Assembly (NCBI RefSeq): GCF_009914755.1
Contig: NC_060932.1
Length of the DNA stretch: 64,000 nucleotides
Strand: one strand, 5' to 3'
From: the human T2T-CHM13v2.0 reference genome, Homo sapiens
The notes under the pieces are model-generated. The model saw only the letters and a list, made by a program, of their open reading frames with translations, was not told the origin of the DNA and ran no database searches. The stretch's first letter is position 1. The number at the start of each line of letters is the position of its first letter. Shown piece after piece: positions 44,230 to 62,642 of the stretch. The position numbers and the translations under genes are program-made.

Positions 44230-47200
44230 ATGCTTCAGGACATGTGGAAGAACAGAAACTGGATTTACCACACAACAATGATCAACAAGAAAACCAGGCA
44301 AAACATATAAAAAGTGGTTTTTAGCCTTTAGTCAACAGTTGGTACAGGGCTATGATTCCTAGTTGTAGGTGAATAAACAACATGAGCGCAATGCAGTATA
44401 AGTCACCTACAGGAAATTTCCAGACTATAGTGCAGAGAGAAGGAACTCAGATAGATCCCAGATTTCTCAATGCAGACACAAGACAGAGACTGGAGTTCAA
44501 TGAAGCCAAGACAATGAGAATTTTTAAGCAAAGTATTGGAGAGGAGGAAACCGGATAGATAAATGTTCAAAACGGCCACTCAAACTGCTGACTCAGAGCT
44601 GATCTTCACAGTAATGAGAGGAGACTACTCAAAGCACAGAAAAGAATCACTGGCAATGACTAAGCTGAAAAGTATCCAGGACAACACAGGACTGGGAATA
44701 GTTTAGATTTCCACAAGACAGAGGAAAACACTTCCTAGTTATGAGGCATTTAGGTATTATCCTCTGAAAGATATTTTAGGGATGCAGAAGGAACAGTATC
44801 ATTAAAGTAAAAGCTGCATGAGAAATATTTAGAAAAAAATAATTTAAACTTAATTCTTGAAAATATCCAACAGATCCCAAGAAAATTAAATGTGAAAGAA
44901 AAAAACATATAACACTGTTTAAAGAAATGCAAAAATCCAGCAGCTAAGGTATAAAATTCACCACTTCCAGGTTTCAGTGGTAATTGGAATTGTCAGGCAC
45001 ACAAAAAAATAGGAATATATGACCCTAAACCAGAAGCAAAATAATCAATAGGAACAAATCAAAATGTGACATAGATGGTGAGACACACAGCAAAGACCAT
45101 TGTAGTATAAATTATAAATATGTTCCATAAGTTCAAAATGATACAGGGCATGATAAGAAATAAATGTAAGATATTGTAAAGGCTGAATGAAGCTTTTTAT
45201 GTTAAAGAATAAATATAAAATTTAAAATACATCGTATATCACTAGTAGCAAAATAAACACTGCAGAAGAATGATTCTGAATATAGTAATAGAAATTTTCC
45301 ATACTGAAAGATGCAGTGTATAAATACATTTACAAAGTGTATTAATTGCCCAGAAAAAAACTATTAAGCATTCCAATATACTTGACCAACTGAAACTAAT
45401 TATGAACCAACAAATTCTAGACTCAGCAAAATAGTTTCAAATTGAAGACAAAATAAAGACACTTCGGGTAAACAAATGCTCAGAAAACTCATTGTTAACA
45501 GACTTGCGCAACAAAAAAATACTCACGGAGTCATTTTAGGCAGAAAAGAAATGATACCAGACGAAAATTTGAATGTACATAAAGAAAAAAAAAGTTGATG
45601 CAAGTGGCATAGATAGATGAATATAAAACACTTTTTCCCCATGTCTTAAATTTCATAACAGATAATTTACTATTTAAAGCAAACATAGTAACAACATATA
45701 GAGGGATTTATAGCATATTATAAAAAAGCAAAAAATATAGAAGGCTTGAAATGAAAATATGCTGTTAAACCTTCTATTAGACATGGAATAATATATTATT
45801 ATTTGGTGATTGAGTATTATATCATAAATTGTAGAGAAAATAATTTTAAAAATCATAGAGGTATAGCCAATAAATAAATAAGGCATATAATTGTATATAA
45901 CCATAAAAATATTATATGTGTAAGGCAAATGTAAGGCAAATAATATCTAAATCAAATAATCTATAAGACAAATTTAAGGGAAATAATATCTAAATCAAAT
46001 AATATATTAGATGAATGTAAGGGAAATAATATCTAAAATAATCTATAAGACAAATATATATTTATTATGATAAATAATAAATCTATAAGACAAATGTATA
46101 TTTATTATGATAAAAGAACTAGAAGCTCCATTAATAAAAAAGGCAGAAAAAGAAAATAAAAGGAGGGTATTAGTAGCTAATTAATACAAAACAATAGATG
46201 TGAAACTCAATTATAATATAATTATATTAACTATAAATACCCTAAACATACTAATTAAAAAGCATAGAAGTTCAAACAGGTTTAAAAAATTCTGTCTGAA
46301 AAAAATGCCTACTGATGGATGGCTTAAAAGAATTAAAAATAAAAATATATGCAGTTTGTAACTAAACGAAACATGAGGGAATAATTTGAACATCAGTTAA
46401 GTAGACTTCAGAAAAATATCAATGACAAAGACAGGTATCACCAAATTGTAAAGAGTTAGCACATCACAAGGACATAATAAGCCTAATACGTATGGATCTA
46501 ACAGCAGAAATTCTACTTACAAAAAGACAAACTGTTAGAACTAAAAAGAGAAATACCAATCTACATTCATCTCATAGTAATTGACAAAATAAGCAAGCGA
46601 AAAACTAGCTAATATACTTGAAAATGCTATGAACCAATTTAACTTGATAAGTTTAAAAAGCTCTTACCAACACAGACGCATAAATATTTGGTTTAAGTGG
46701 ACACAAAGCATTCACAGATACAAATCATTTTCTGGAACATAAAACAAATCACAATACCTTCAACAGGATCAAATTATACAAAGTATATTCTCTGACTACA
46801 ATGAAATTAGAAATAAATAACAGACATATATCTGGAGAATCTGATAATATTTAGAAATAAACAAGCACACATCTAAATAACTCATGGATCAAAAGATGAA
46901 TTTTTAAGAGATGTATGAAAATACTTTGAACTGAATAAAGATGAAACCAAGACATATGCAAACTGTAATATACAGATAAATCAGTGCTAAGATGAAATTT
47001 ATATCATTAATGTATGGATAAAAATAAAAATTATTTGAATCCCAAATTTGAATATATAGATAAATAGAGAAAAAAACGAAAATTAAACCCAAATTACATA
47101 TAAAAATAGATAAAGCTATAAACCAAAGCAAAGGAAAACAGAAAATCAAGATACAAAACAAATAATATAAAAATAAAATGTCATTTTAAAATAATGCATA

Positions 47201-47855
47201 AACTTGATAAATCTCTAATCAAACTAATCAGGAAATCGGAATAGAAAGAATATTCAGAATATCTATATATATGGTGGATGAAAGTCAGAAATATTGCAGA
47301 TCCTTCAAATGTGAAAATGATATAAAAAACATTATGGGGAAACTGATCCCAATAAATGTGACATTTTAGATAAAATGCTTAAATATCTTAAAACACACAA
47401 GCTACCAAAGCTCATTAAGGAAGAAATATGTATCTTAAACAGGCTGAATGGACTTAAAAGAATTGAAATTATGGACTTCACTGCATAATTATAACACATA
47501 CTTAAATATGAAAATAAACCTATTCTACTCAAGCTCTTTCTGAAAGTTAAAGAGGAGATAATGTTTCCTGACTAATTTTATATTCACAGCATTGCTCTGG
47601 TTCCAAAGCGAGTATGTTATAAGAAAAGAAAATGAATCCAATAACTCTATTGACCATAAATGCAAAAATCCTTGAAAATATTTGCAAATCTAACCAATTA
47701 ATATATAAAGTTTATCACATCCTGTTCAAATATGGTTCATCCCCAAAATACAAGATTGGCTTAATCTCAAAAATCAATTGATTTCACCACATTAACAGAC
47801 ATTACTTTATATACTTTTATTAGATGGTTGAAATTTTCCATAATAAAAGTTTTAA
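44230..47855 (+). mobile_element. Old L1M (5' region, ORF1, ORF2 to start of RT) joined to an L1ME-type 3' tip
   Basis: A-rich sense L1 motifs: AAGTAGACTTCAGA, TATATTCTCTGACTACAATGAAATTA, ACTCATGGATCAAA, AAATGCAAAAATCCTTG; ends TTGAAATTTTCCATAATAAAA. Confidence 0.7.
45921..46115. repeat. Compound tandem duplication (~43 bp x ~3, then 40 bp x 2)
   Basis: TAAGG(C/G)AAATAATATCTAAATCAAATAAT repeated, then ATCTATAAGACAAAT(A/G)TATATTTATTATGATAAA at 46041 and 46081. Confidence 0.85.
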
Positions 47856-48011
47856 CACATAAGTTATTTCACAGTAATGAGATCATGTGATCTGTACTTC
47901 CGGACATTTTTATGCTGCTGCCTAAAATAAAGATTCTGCATTATTTGTTTAGAAACTTAAGACTATATTAATGTTTTTTAATCTGCTCAAATAGGAAAGA
48001 GGGGAAATAAA

Positions 48012-48170
48012 AGTAATTAATATTTATTGATAGCCAAGCCAGAAAAAAATTACTTCTCTAAGCTTCGTAATTATTTTAATTCTTCTATAAACTCTTAAAA
48101 AAGTCTTCTTCAATTTTTAGATGAAAAAATAGAGACTCAGAGATACCACCAAATAGCAAGTGTGATTTCA
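48012..48170 (-). mobile_element. MIR
   Basis: TAATATTTATTGA...TTTTAGATGAAAAAATAGAGACTCAGAGA. Confidence 0.6.
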
Positions 48171-49164
48171 ACATAAAATAATACCATGAAAATATGATTT
48201 CCAGCCTTGCTAAAAAAATAAATTTTATTTATCTTATCATATATGAAAACATCAAATTAATAGGGGATTTACTTTATATTATTTTTGGAGCTCAATAAAT
48301 TGTATTAAAGTTTAGAGGATATTTTTGAAAAAGAATAAAAAATTATTTTCTCTAGGATATCTCATGCACATAAGAGGAGTTATCGTGACTAAGTAATAGA
48401 AAGGTTTTACTTTATGACCATGCACAAAATCTGTATTCTATTTTCAAATTCTTTGATCCTTCCCTGAAAATATAAAAGTGATGACACAATGGAAAAATTT
48501 GCACATCTTCTATATTTTTTTCTGAGATTTAATAGTTTATTTACTCCTTTCTTATCTCTTAATCAGAATTTCCATCAAATCCTGCCTCACTCAAGTAAGA
48601 TTTTGTTTGTTTCTTCTTCTCTCTCTAGTCAAGAAAACTACTTTTGAATTAGGAATGTTGTTAAAACATGTATTGACAATTATTTCTTACTCTAACATAA
48701 AACAGCGTTGGCAACATTTAGAATCTCAGTAGTTAATCTTGCTTAGTAGATGTTCTTGTACTTGCTATTGATTAATTCTTAATACGGGTTTTCCTCTTGT
48801 GTAAATCTTTTCTCAATCATTAAGAATAGTTTATTTGATTGTTTTGGAATGGATTTAATTCTGTTTTTCAAATTTACCATATCTCTCAATCTTACCCATT
48901 AAATTGAAAATTGGTTTTCTCTTCCTTAGTGAATATGTTATTGTTTATCTTTAAATTTTGGTGAGAGCAGGGAGTTAATGCTTCTTTATATCTCTGAGCT
49001 GTGAATTCAAAACTTATGTAAAAGTCTGATAATAGTCTCTGGTTCATTTAACAAATAGATGCTTAGTTCTGAATTTTCCTTATAGACTATTTTAAGAACT
49101 AGAAATATAACAAAGCCCTTAACCTATATGTCTGTGCTATGTCATTATGTATATAATTTATTTT

Positions 49165-49550
49165 TTATTCAGTAAATTATTTTTAAAACCTACTATAATC
49201 AGGGTACTGTCCTTGCACTGTTGTTAAATAAGACAAGATATGGTTCATATCCAGATGAGGAAAAATATTAAGAGATCTACTTGGTAAGGTAGATGTAATA
49301 TGAGTACAATGATGCTATGGTACAGTATATGTGTTATAATTAAGTAGTTCCAAAATGTGATATCAGCACTTAGAGAGTAGCAATTATGTGTGTGTGTATG
49401 TGTGTGTGTGTGTGTGTGTATGGTGGGTTTGGTAGAGGAAGTTTGAGTCGAAGAAGTTGGCTATTGGCAAAATTTCTTCCAGCAAGAATTCTAGGCTGAG
49501 GTACTGGCATGGGTTGCAATACCTGGAAGAATCAGTGTGTTTCACAAAGG
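49165..49550 (-). mobile_element. L2 fragment containing (TG)n at ~49388-49419
   Basis: TTATTCAGTAAATTATT...CCTACTATAATCAGGGTACTGT...AAATAAGACA; TG microsatellite. Confidence 0.55.
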
Positions 49551-50739
49551 TGAGTACCCACACCCATACTTCTTTCTCTACTGCTCCCTTTTTTGGCAAC
49601 TTAGAAGTATTAAAGTAGCAAAAGTAAAACCTCACTTTCCTTCCAGAATGTTACATTATCTTCTCTTTTACAGCAACATATCTGCTTCAATTTTCTCAGT
49701 TCTTTGTCATCTTTTATCTCCAAATAAATCTGTATTCACATTTCCCTGTTTCTCTGACCAAGGATAGCGTTCCCACTCTTCTCTAGATTCCTTATGATCT
49801 TGCTCCCTTTACTTCCTCTGGGGCCTTGCCTTCATAGCGGCAACAAATCTTTTCAGTATGCCAGCCTCTTTTCACCCTGTCTTGTTTCCTATGCCTTTTG
49901 TATATTCAATGTATTTCTATCTACAAAAGTGAATTATACTCCTAATATAAATCCCTCTCTGATGAGTGTACTCTTTGTTAACTTGCACAGCTAAGTTTCC
50001 TGAAAGAATGGTCCAAATGCACTACTTCCATTTCATTATCTCTCATTAACAATTACATTCATTTTAAAAAGACATATTGAGTGCATATGCTGCTCTAGTC
50101 ACTGTTATGATGCCAAGGACACAGACATAAGGCACAGTCAGATTCCCCTAGAGAGAGAGAGAGAAAGTAGATCGATAGCTTTAAAAAGATCTGTTTATGT
50201 TACAAAGGTTTAGAAAAGAGACATTTAAACCAGAATACAGGATTTAAATTGGATAGCCAGTGAAGGTAACATTTGAATTGAGTTTAGAAAGATGATAAGT
50301 GGACAGTAAATAAGGGTGTTTGCTGAATATAATAAATAACCATAGTATTGAATTATTACATAATAATAAAATATCCATTGATTCATCCTGATATAAATAA
50401 ATTAATGAATAAATAAATGAGAGAATCCTTCCTTACAAAATAATTTTAAATGATAAATATGTGGAATCAAGGACACAGAAAATCACTATTAGAACACCAT
50501 AGAGATAATCACCTTAGGCAAAGTCCACTGATGAATGCTAAAATTAGAGATGGAACTTTTAAAGAGAAATGAGATACTCAAGGCCTCTCCTCTGAAATAC
50601 TTATAACTTACTGTGGTGGTGTAACACATGTTCATACACTTTTTGATAATTTTTTTTTTCTAGAAGGTAAAGCTTAATTTTCTCCCCTCAAGTAATGTCT
50701 GAATTTAGTTACTTCCATGAATTAAGTATGGAAATAAAC

Positions 50740-53118
50740 TGTCTTGTTTTGCTCTAACTGCATAACAAAATGCCATAGACTGAATGACTCAAATGACAGA
50801 AATTTATTCTCACACTTCTAGAGGCTGGAAGTTTGAGATCATAGTGCCAGCATGTCTGGTTCTGAGCAGGGCCTCTTCCTGCCTTGTAGATGACCACCCT
50901 CTTACAGTATATGTATGTGGTGAAGAAAGGAAGTTCTGGTGTCTCTTCTTCTTATGAGTGCACTCATCCCGTCACAGGGTCTCTACCTTCATGACCTCAT
51001 CTAAACTAATTACCTTCTAAAAACTTCATCCCTTAGTATTATCTTATTGGGTATTAGGTGTTCAACATACGAATTTTGAGGGGACACAAATATTCTGTGT
51101 ATGGCATTCTGCCCCTGACCTCCCAAAATTCAGATCATTCTCACATGCAAAGTGGATTTATTTTGTTCCAAAAGCTCCCAGTCTTAACTTGTCCCAGAAT
51201 GAACTCTAAGGCCTGAAGTCAAAAGTCTCACCTAAATATCATCTACATCATCAGATACAAATAAGAGTAGAGGTATGGTTCATCCTAAGGCTTTCCCTCC
51301 AGCTGTGAACCTGTGAAAACAGGTAAGCTACACACTTCCAAACTACAATCGTGGACAGGCAAAGGATAAACATTCTTATTCCAAAGGACAGAAATCAAAA
51401 AGAAGGGAATAGTAATAGTAAGAGGTCTCAAGGAAGTCCACCACTTAGCAAGGCAAATACTTAAGGCTCGGAATAATTCTCTTTGGTCTGATGCTCTGCC
51501 TTCAGAACTCACTCGGGTGAAGGGTGATTACTCCATAACCCCACTAACCACTTCATCTCTGAAGCTGTCCTTGGAACCATATAGTATTTGAGTTGCCTTA
51601 GGGGCATTTCTTCCCTTGTCTTGAAGAGTAACACTGTTTGAAGCCAAATAGCACTCCTATAGGCTCTAAGAAGTCTGGCAGTCTTCCTTAATTTTGTTCG
51701 TTCAACTCAAACTGACAGTGTTTCTAAAGTGCTGGCTTTTAGGTCTATGGTTCATATTTCTATTAATCTCATCAAAAGAGGGTCTTCAGTCACACGCTTG
51801 ATAATTTTTGCAACATAGGCTGAGAATTTTCCAGATTTTTAACTTCTGGTTCCGTTTTGCGTAACAATTTCATCTTCAATTAATTTATTTCTTCTTGCAT
51901 TTTACTATAAGCCTACAGGAGAAACTAAGCCATTCCTTCAAAAATTAGAAATCTTAGAAATCTCCTCAACTGAATATTCAATTTCATCACCTGCAAGTTC
52001 TACCTTCCCTGAAACACTATAACATAAACAAAATTCAGACAAGCTATATATCACTTTATAACAAAGATCACTGTCTTCATCTGTTTCTTATACTATCACT
52101 AAATACCTAAGTCTGAGTAATTTATTTTAAAGAGGAATTTATTTGTTCACAGTTCTGGAGGCTGGAAAATCCAAGACCAAGAAGTTGTCATATTTGGTGT
52201 TTGGCAAGGGTCTACTCTTTGCTTTCAAGATGGTACCTCTTGCTGCATCCTCACATGGTACGAGGGACTGAAGAGAATCAATCCTTTTCCTCAAGCCATT
52301 TTATGAGGGTGCTAATCCTAGGGATCCACCCTCATGAAGGACTTACCTCTTAATATTATCACATTGGAGATTAAATCTCAGCATATGAATTTTAAGGCAT
52401 ATTCACACCATAAGCAATCTCCTTTTCTCCGTTGTCCAGTAACATATTTCCTATTTCCATCAGAGACCTCATCAGAATGACCTTTACCATCTATATTTAT
52501 ATCAATATTCTGTTCATGATTATTTATCATCTAAGAAGTTGGAGGCTTCCTGTCTAGCTCTCCTCCCTTTTTTTTCTGAGTCTTCACCAGAATCACCAAG
52601 TAATGTAGGCTTTTTCTAGCATACACCTAAAGACTCTTCTAGCTTCTACCAATTACCCTGTTTCAAAGCTGCTTATCTAATTTTACACACATATTACAGC
52701 AGCACCCTACTTCTCATTACAAATTACTTGGTGTGCTCAGGCTGCCATAACAAAATACTATAGAATGGGCAGCTTAAATAAGAAAAAAAATTATGTTTTT
52801 GTAGTTCTGTAGGCTAGAAGTCTGAGATCAATATGTTGGCATGTTTGACTTCTGGTGAGGGATCTCTTCCTGATTTACAGATGCCTCCTTCTTGTGTATA
52901 CTCAAATGATGGAGAGAGGAAGCTCTGATTTCTCTTCCTTTTTAAAATTTGTTCTTCCTTTTGGTATTAGGGTGCAAATTACGTCATGGATGCTCCACTC
53001 TCCTGACTTCATTTAAACTTAACTAATTCCAAAAAGCCCCACCTCCTAATACCATCATGTTGGAGGTTAGGGCTTCAACAGATGGAGTTTGAAGAGACAC
53101 AACTCTCAGTTCATAACA
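50740..53118 (-). mobile_element. Complete MLT1A0-like MaLR (LTR 50740-51106, internal 51107-~52724, LTR ~52725-53118)
   Basis: Two co-oriented similar LTRs (CATAACAAAAT..ATAGA; GGCT.GAAGT.TGAGATCA; CTCTTCCTG; TTAGG..TTCAACA). Internal sequence starts TTCTGCCCCTG (polypurine-tract complement) and ends CAGCACCCTACTTCTC. Confidence 0.85.
52072..52416 (-). mobile_element. MSTC/MSTD-like solo LTR nested in the MaLR internal region
   Basis: TGTCTT...TCACAGTTCTGGAGGCTGGAAAATCCAAGA...TTCAAGATGG...CATAAGCA; 5-bp TSD ATCAC/ATCTC. Confidence 0.8.
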
Positions 53119-56100
53119 AAGATGAATTGTAATTTTACAATAGAGAAGTGTTTCAGACACCACTATAATCAAATGATTAAAGTTAAAATTACCAGTAATA
53201 AATTTGTTGATATTATTTAATATGATGTGGTGAGAAGGGCATTTGACATCTCTGATATTGTTCCCTAAAATTATATTCCTTGTGTAATCATAAGAAGAGA
53301 TATAAACTTGAGAGATGTTTTACAAAATGCTTGACTAGTATTCTTGAAAATTATCAAATGTATAACACAAGAAAGAAAGACTGAGAAGCAGTCATAGATC
53401 TGAGGAATCTAAGGAGCCATGATAACTAAATACAACCTGGCATCTAGGATTAGATGGTGGAACAGCAGAGGACCTTAGTGGAAAACTGGTGAAACCTGAA
53501 ACAAGTCTGTGGGTTAATTAACAGCATGGTACATATGTTTGTTTCTTGGTTTTGATAAATGTATTGTGGTTATTCAATATATTAATATTAAATGAAGCTC
53601 AGTGAATAATATATGGAAACTATTTGTATTCTACTTGCAATTCTCTGAAAAATATAAAATTATTTCAACATAAAAGCGGGCATCAAAAGAAAGTATGTGT
53701 ACAACAAAGAATATTTTAAATGGGAACAGAAAATCAGTAATCTCAACAAAAATAATAACAACAACAAACAAAAACCATGACCCAATTAAGGGGCTTCAAG
53801 ATGGCTGACAAGATACATTTGGTACTCACACATTCCACAAAGTAAAACCAAAACAGCAAGTAGATAATCACACCTCAAATAGATCATATAAAAGAGAACA
53901 CTGAAATTCAACAGATAAGTGACAGAAAACACCTACAGGAGAATAAAAAGAGGAAAGTGAGGCAGCCTGATTGGCCAGGATCAGCTGGAGGCATGAGGAA
54001 ACTCTTCAATGTGGAGAAAGAATAAGTGAGATACCCCCAGTATTCCATATTCTCACTGTGGACTCCCAAAACCCTAGACATGGGAGAGCCCCTTGACCCT
54101 TACATGCCCTGAAACCAACATAGGTGTATGCCTGAAGACTGTACAACTGCATTACTCCAGAGAGAGAGCTCATGCTGAGTTCCACAAACCTCCAAGTCCT
54201 GAGCAGCTACAGCATGGCATCATTTTGACAGCTCAGCACCCCGTCAGATTGTATCCTGCTCTGGAGCTGAAGAGCCCCTGTATCTCCACACCCCTGTAGC
54301 TCCATTGACATTCCCTGCCTACTGCCAGTGCCACCAGAGCCAAAACAGGAATTGCCAACAGCAACCTCCCCCTCCAATAGAGTGGCAGCTGTGACTAAAG
54401 GCTATCTTGCCTGCAGCCACTGATACTGCTGCCAGCAGATGTCACCCCAGGGCCAAAGAGTGAGCCATCACCAGCAAACCTGACCCCAAGCAGAGGGGCA
54501 GCTGTGAAGGCCACCCCATTTATAATGGCCAAAACTGCCAGTTTTCCCAGTGCTAGGGTCCAAGAATGAACCACTGGAAGCAACCCTGATCCAAGCCCCC
54601 AAGCAGACAATTGACTGCGCATTTTTACACAGCTCAAGGAAGAACACCACTGCCTGCAGCCACTGCTGATACAGGCTGCTGCAGCCAGGGGCAAGGCAAA
54701 AGCAAAATGTGCCATTCCCAGTCGCCTACCTGTGGTTGCAGCCACTGAAAGCAACCACTTTCATCCCAGTAGCAGGGCCACAGTGAAACCACTGCTACCT
54801 TCGCCTGAGCTTTACACTGGTAGCCTGGAACCATTTGCCCCTCCCTACCACAGGCAGCATACGCACATGTCACCATGGGGCCTCAGAATGGGTCCACTCA
54901 ACCCAGCTCTGCCCCCACAGTATCCAAACACACCTACAGCCTGAAGATTACTCAGTTCAGCCCATCAGCATTGATATCTGAGCACTCTGCTCAGGGGCCT
55001 GAATTCAGGTACATCCAACCTGTCACTACTACCATAGCTGGCATCCATCCACATGCACCACCTCTGGACCTAGGAACTTGTCTATCCAGCTCATTGCAAC
55101 CATTGCCCACATCAGTGCAGACCACTTGCCACATCCACTGCTCAGGGTCCCAAGAACCTGCGCATTCTCCCAGCCCACTGTTATCATACTGGCACACAAG
55201 CAACCCAACTAGGAGCCCAAGAATTGGCTAACTAGATCTGCTACACTGGTGCCAGAATATGCTACCTTGGGGCTCAAAAACAGGCATTCTCTGCCTAACA
55301 CTGCCACCAAAGGGATTCAAGACTGACCTATTTGGCATCCTAGTCCGCAGTAAAACTTCACCACAGCCTCTACCAACAACTACATTTTAAGCCACTGAGG
55401 AAATCACAGAAACGATTGACCCTGTTTACATCCGAGGAAATCATACAAAGACTACACCACTGCATACACCCAGAATCAAAGCCAACATTCCCTACCCATC
55501 CAACACCATAGATACATGTTCAGAAAAGAGTGTTCCCCTAAGAAAGCAAATTTTAAAAGCTGGATGAAGCAACTGTTACAGTAGATGTGCAAGTATTAAC
55601 ATAAGGACACAAGAAAAATTAAAAAGCAAGGGAATATGGCACCTACGAAAGAACACAAACTTTTCTAGCAATATTCCAATTAAAAGGAAATCGTGAATTC
55701 TGAGAAAAAGAATTCAAAATAATGATATTAAAGAAGCTCAATGATATACAAAAAGAATACTGAAAGACAATATAAATAACTCAGAAAAAACAGTTCAGGA
55801 CATAAATGAAAAATACACCAAAAGAATGGATGCCATAAAAAAGCATCAAATAGAAATTCTGGAACCAAATAATTAATTGAATAAAATATAAAATATATTT
55901 GAAAGCTTCAATAATTTAGAATCTATCAAGCAGAAGAAAAAAATCTCAGAACTTGAAAACAGGTCTTTTGAAATAACTCAATTCAGATAAAGATAAAAAA
56001 AAAGAAAGAAGAGAAAAACCTACATGACATATATGACACTATAAAGCACCAAATATTCAAATCTTAGATGTTCCAGAAGGTAAAAATTAAAAGATTGGGA

Positions 56101-57800
56101 AACCTATTTAACCAAATAATAGATGAAAACTTCCAAAGTCTAGCAAGACCTTTATAAACATAGATACAGAAAACCCAGAGAATCTCATAGATACAATTCA
56201 ACAAGGTCTTCTCCACAGCATATTATATTTAAAATGTCAAAAGTGAAAGACAAATACAGAATTCTAAAAACAGCAAGAGAAAAGCTTCAAGTCACTTATA
56301 AAGGAATGCCTATCAGACTAAAAGCATTTTTTTGTAGAAACCTCCTTGGCAAAAAAAAAAAAAAAAAAAAAAGATACATTAAGAGAGTTGAAGGAAAAAA
56401 AGCCAGCCAAGTATTCTATACTCAACAAAATTATTCTTTATAAATGAAGAAATATTTTTTTCTAGGTAAATAAAAGCTGAGGAAATTCATCACCACTAGA
56501 TCAGTCCTGCAAGAAATGCTTCAGAAGTCCTATACCCAGAAGCTAAAGAACATCATCTATCATCATAAGAACACATGAAAATATAAGATATATTGGTAGA
56601 ACAAACACATAGAGAAAAGACTGAAATGATACAACTAAAGGAAACCACAAAACCACAATAATAAATAAGAGAGAAAAAGAGAAACAAACAATATACAAAA
56701 CAATCAGAAATAAATTAATAAAAATACAGGAAAAAGTTCTCACGTATCAGTAATAACCTTGAACAAAAAGAGATTAAACTTCACACTTAAAAGATACAGA
56801 CTTGCTGAATGAATAGAAATATGAACCAACCATATGCTGCCTACAAGTAACTTATTTCACCTGTAAAGGCACATACAGACTGAAATAAAAGAGATAAAAT
56901 AATATTTCATATGAAATAGAAATAGTAAAAAAAGACAAAGAAGGCCATTATATAATAACATAGGGATCAATTCAGCAAGAGAATATAACAATTCTAAACA
57001 TACCTGCATCCAACTCTGGAGGACCCAGATTAAAGGGAGAGAAAGTCTCCTTCAACCAAAAACATAAAAGGCCTCTAAAAGAAAAACTACAAACCACAGA
57101 TGAAAGAAAGTAAAGACACAAATATATGGAAAGACATACCATGCTCATGGATTAGACAAATTCATATTGTTTAAATGGCCATACTGCCCAAAGTAATCCA
57201 TAGTTTAAATGCAATCTGTATCATAGTATCAGTGTTATTTTTCATAGAATTAGAAAAAAATCTAAAATTTTGTATAAAATAAAATAAAAGCCTGAATCAT
57301 CAAAACAACCCTGAACAAATGAAGAAAGCATCACATTACCTGACTTCAAAATATATTACAAGGCTATAGTGACCAAAACAGCATAGTATTGGTGTAAAAA
57401 CAGATGCATAAACCAATGGAACAGAATAGGGGACCCAGTAATAAAGCCACATATTTACAGCCAAAGGATTGTAGACAAAGGCATCGAGAACATACACTGG
57501 GGAAAGAATGGCCCCTTCAATAAGTATTGCAGTGAAAATTGGATATCTATGTAGAAGAATAAAACTGGATCTCTGTCTCTTGCCATATACAAAAGTTAAC
57601 AAAGATGAATTAAAGACTTAAATAGAAAACCTTAAACTATAAAACTGCTAGTGGGAAACATACAGCAAAATCTTCATTGATATTGGCAAGGATTTTATGA
57701 CTAAGACCTCAAAAGTGCAGGAAACAAAAACAAAAATAGGCAAATGGACTGTATTAAACTAAAAAGCCTCTACAAACCAAAATAAAAATTTAACAGAATG

Positions 57801-62088
<4,288 letters not shown>

Positions 62089-62348
62089 ATTTAACAGAAT
62101 GAAAAGACAACTGTTTAATGGGAGAAAATATTTGCATACTCTTCATCTGATGAGGGACTCATATCCAGAATATAAAACAAATTCAAACAACTCAGAAAAA
62201 CAGCAAATATTCCCATGGAAAAGTGGGCAAATGAAATGAACAGACATTTCTCAAAAGAAGAAAAATAAGTGGCCATCAGTTATATGAAAAAAAAAAAAAA
62301 TGCTTAACATCACTAATGATCAGGAAAATGTGAATTTAAATTACAATA

Positions 62349-62642
62349 GGCCGGACTCAGTGGCTCACGCCTGTAATCCCAGCACTTTGGGAGGCCGAGG
62401 TGGGTGGATCATGAGGTCAGGAGTTCAAGACCAGCCTGACCAACTTGGCAAAATCCCATCTCTACTAAAAATACAAAAATTAACTGGGTGTGATGGCATG
62501 CGCCTGTAATCCTAGCTACTCAGGACGCTGAGGCAGGAGAATTGCTTGAACGCGGAGGCAGAGGTTGCAATGAGCTGATATCATGCCATTGCCCTCCAGC
62601 CTGGGTGACAGAGTGAGACTCCATCTAAAAAAAAAAAAAAAA
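62349..62642 (+). mobile_element. AluSg-like nested in L1MA3 ORF2
   Basis: GGATCATGAGGTCAGGAGTTC; poly-A; TSD TACAATA; host L1 sequence continues on both sides. Confidence 0.9.

Larger units (their letters stand above)
50325..53675 (+). mobile_element. L1MC3-like 3' region, split by a MaLR element
   Basis: ATCCATTGATTCATCCTGATATAAATAAAT...CACTGATGAATGCTAAAATTAG; resumes after 53118 with TAATCAAATGATTAAAGTTAA...TAACTAAATACAAC...TAAAATTATTTCAACATAAAA. Confidence 0.75.

Noticed and set aside
53900-55400. GC-rich segment with several ORFs suggesting a gene or promoter
   Set aside because: It is the CpG-depleted 5'UTR of the L1MA element; internal CAGCCACTG repeats appear to be part of it.
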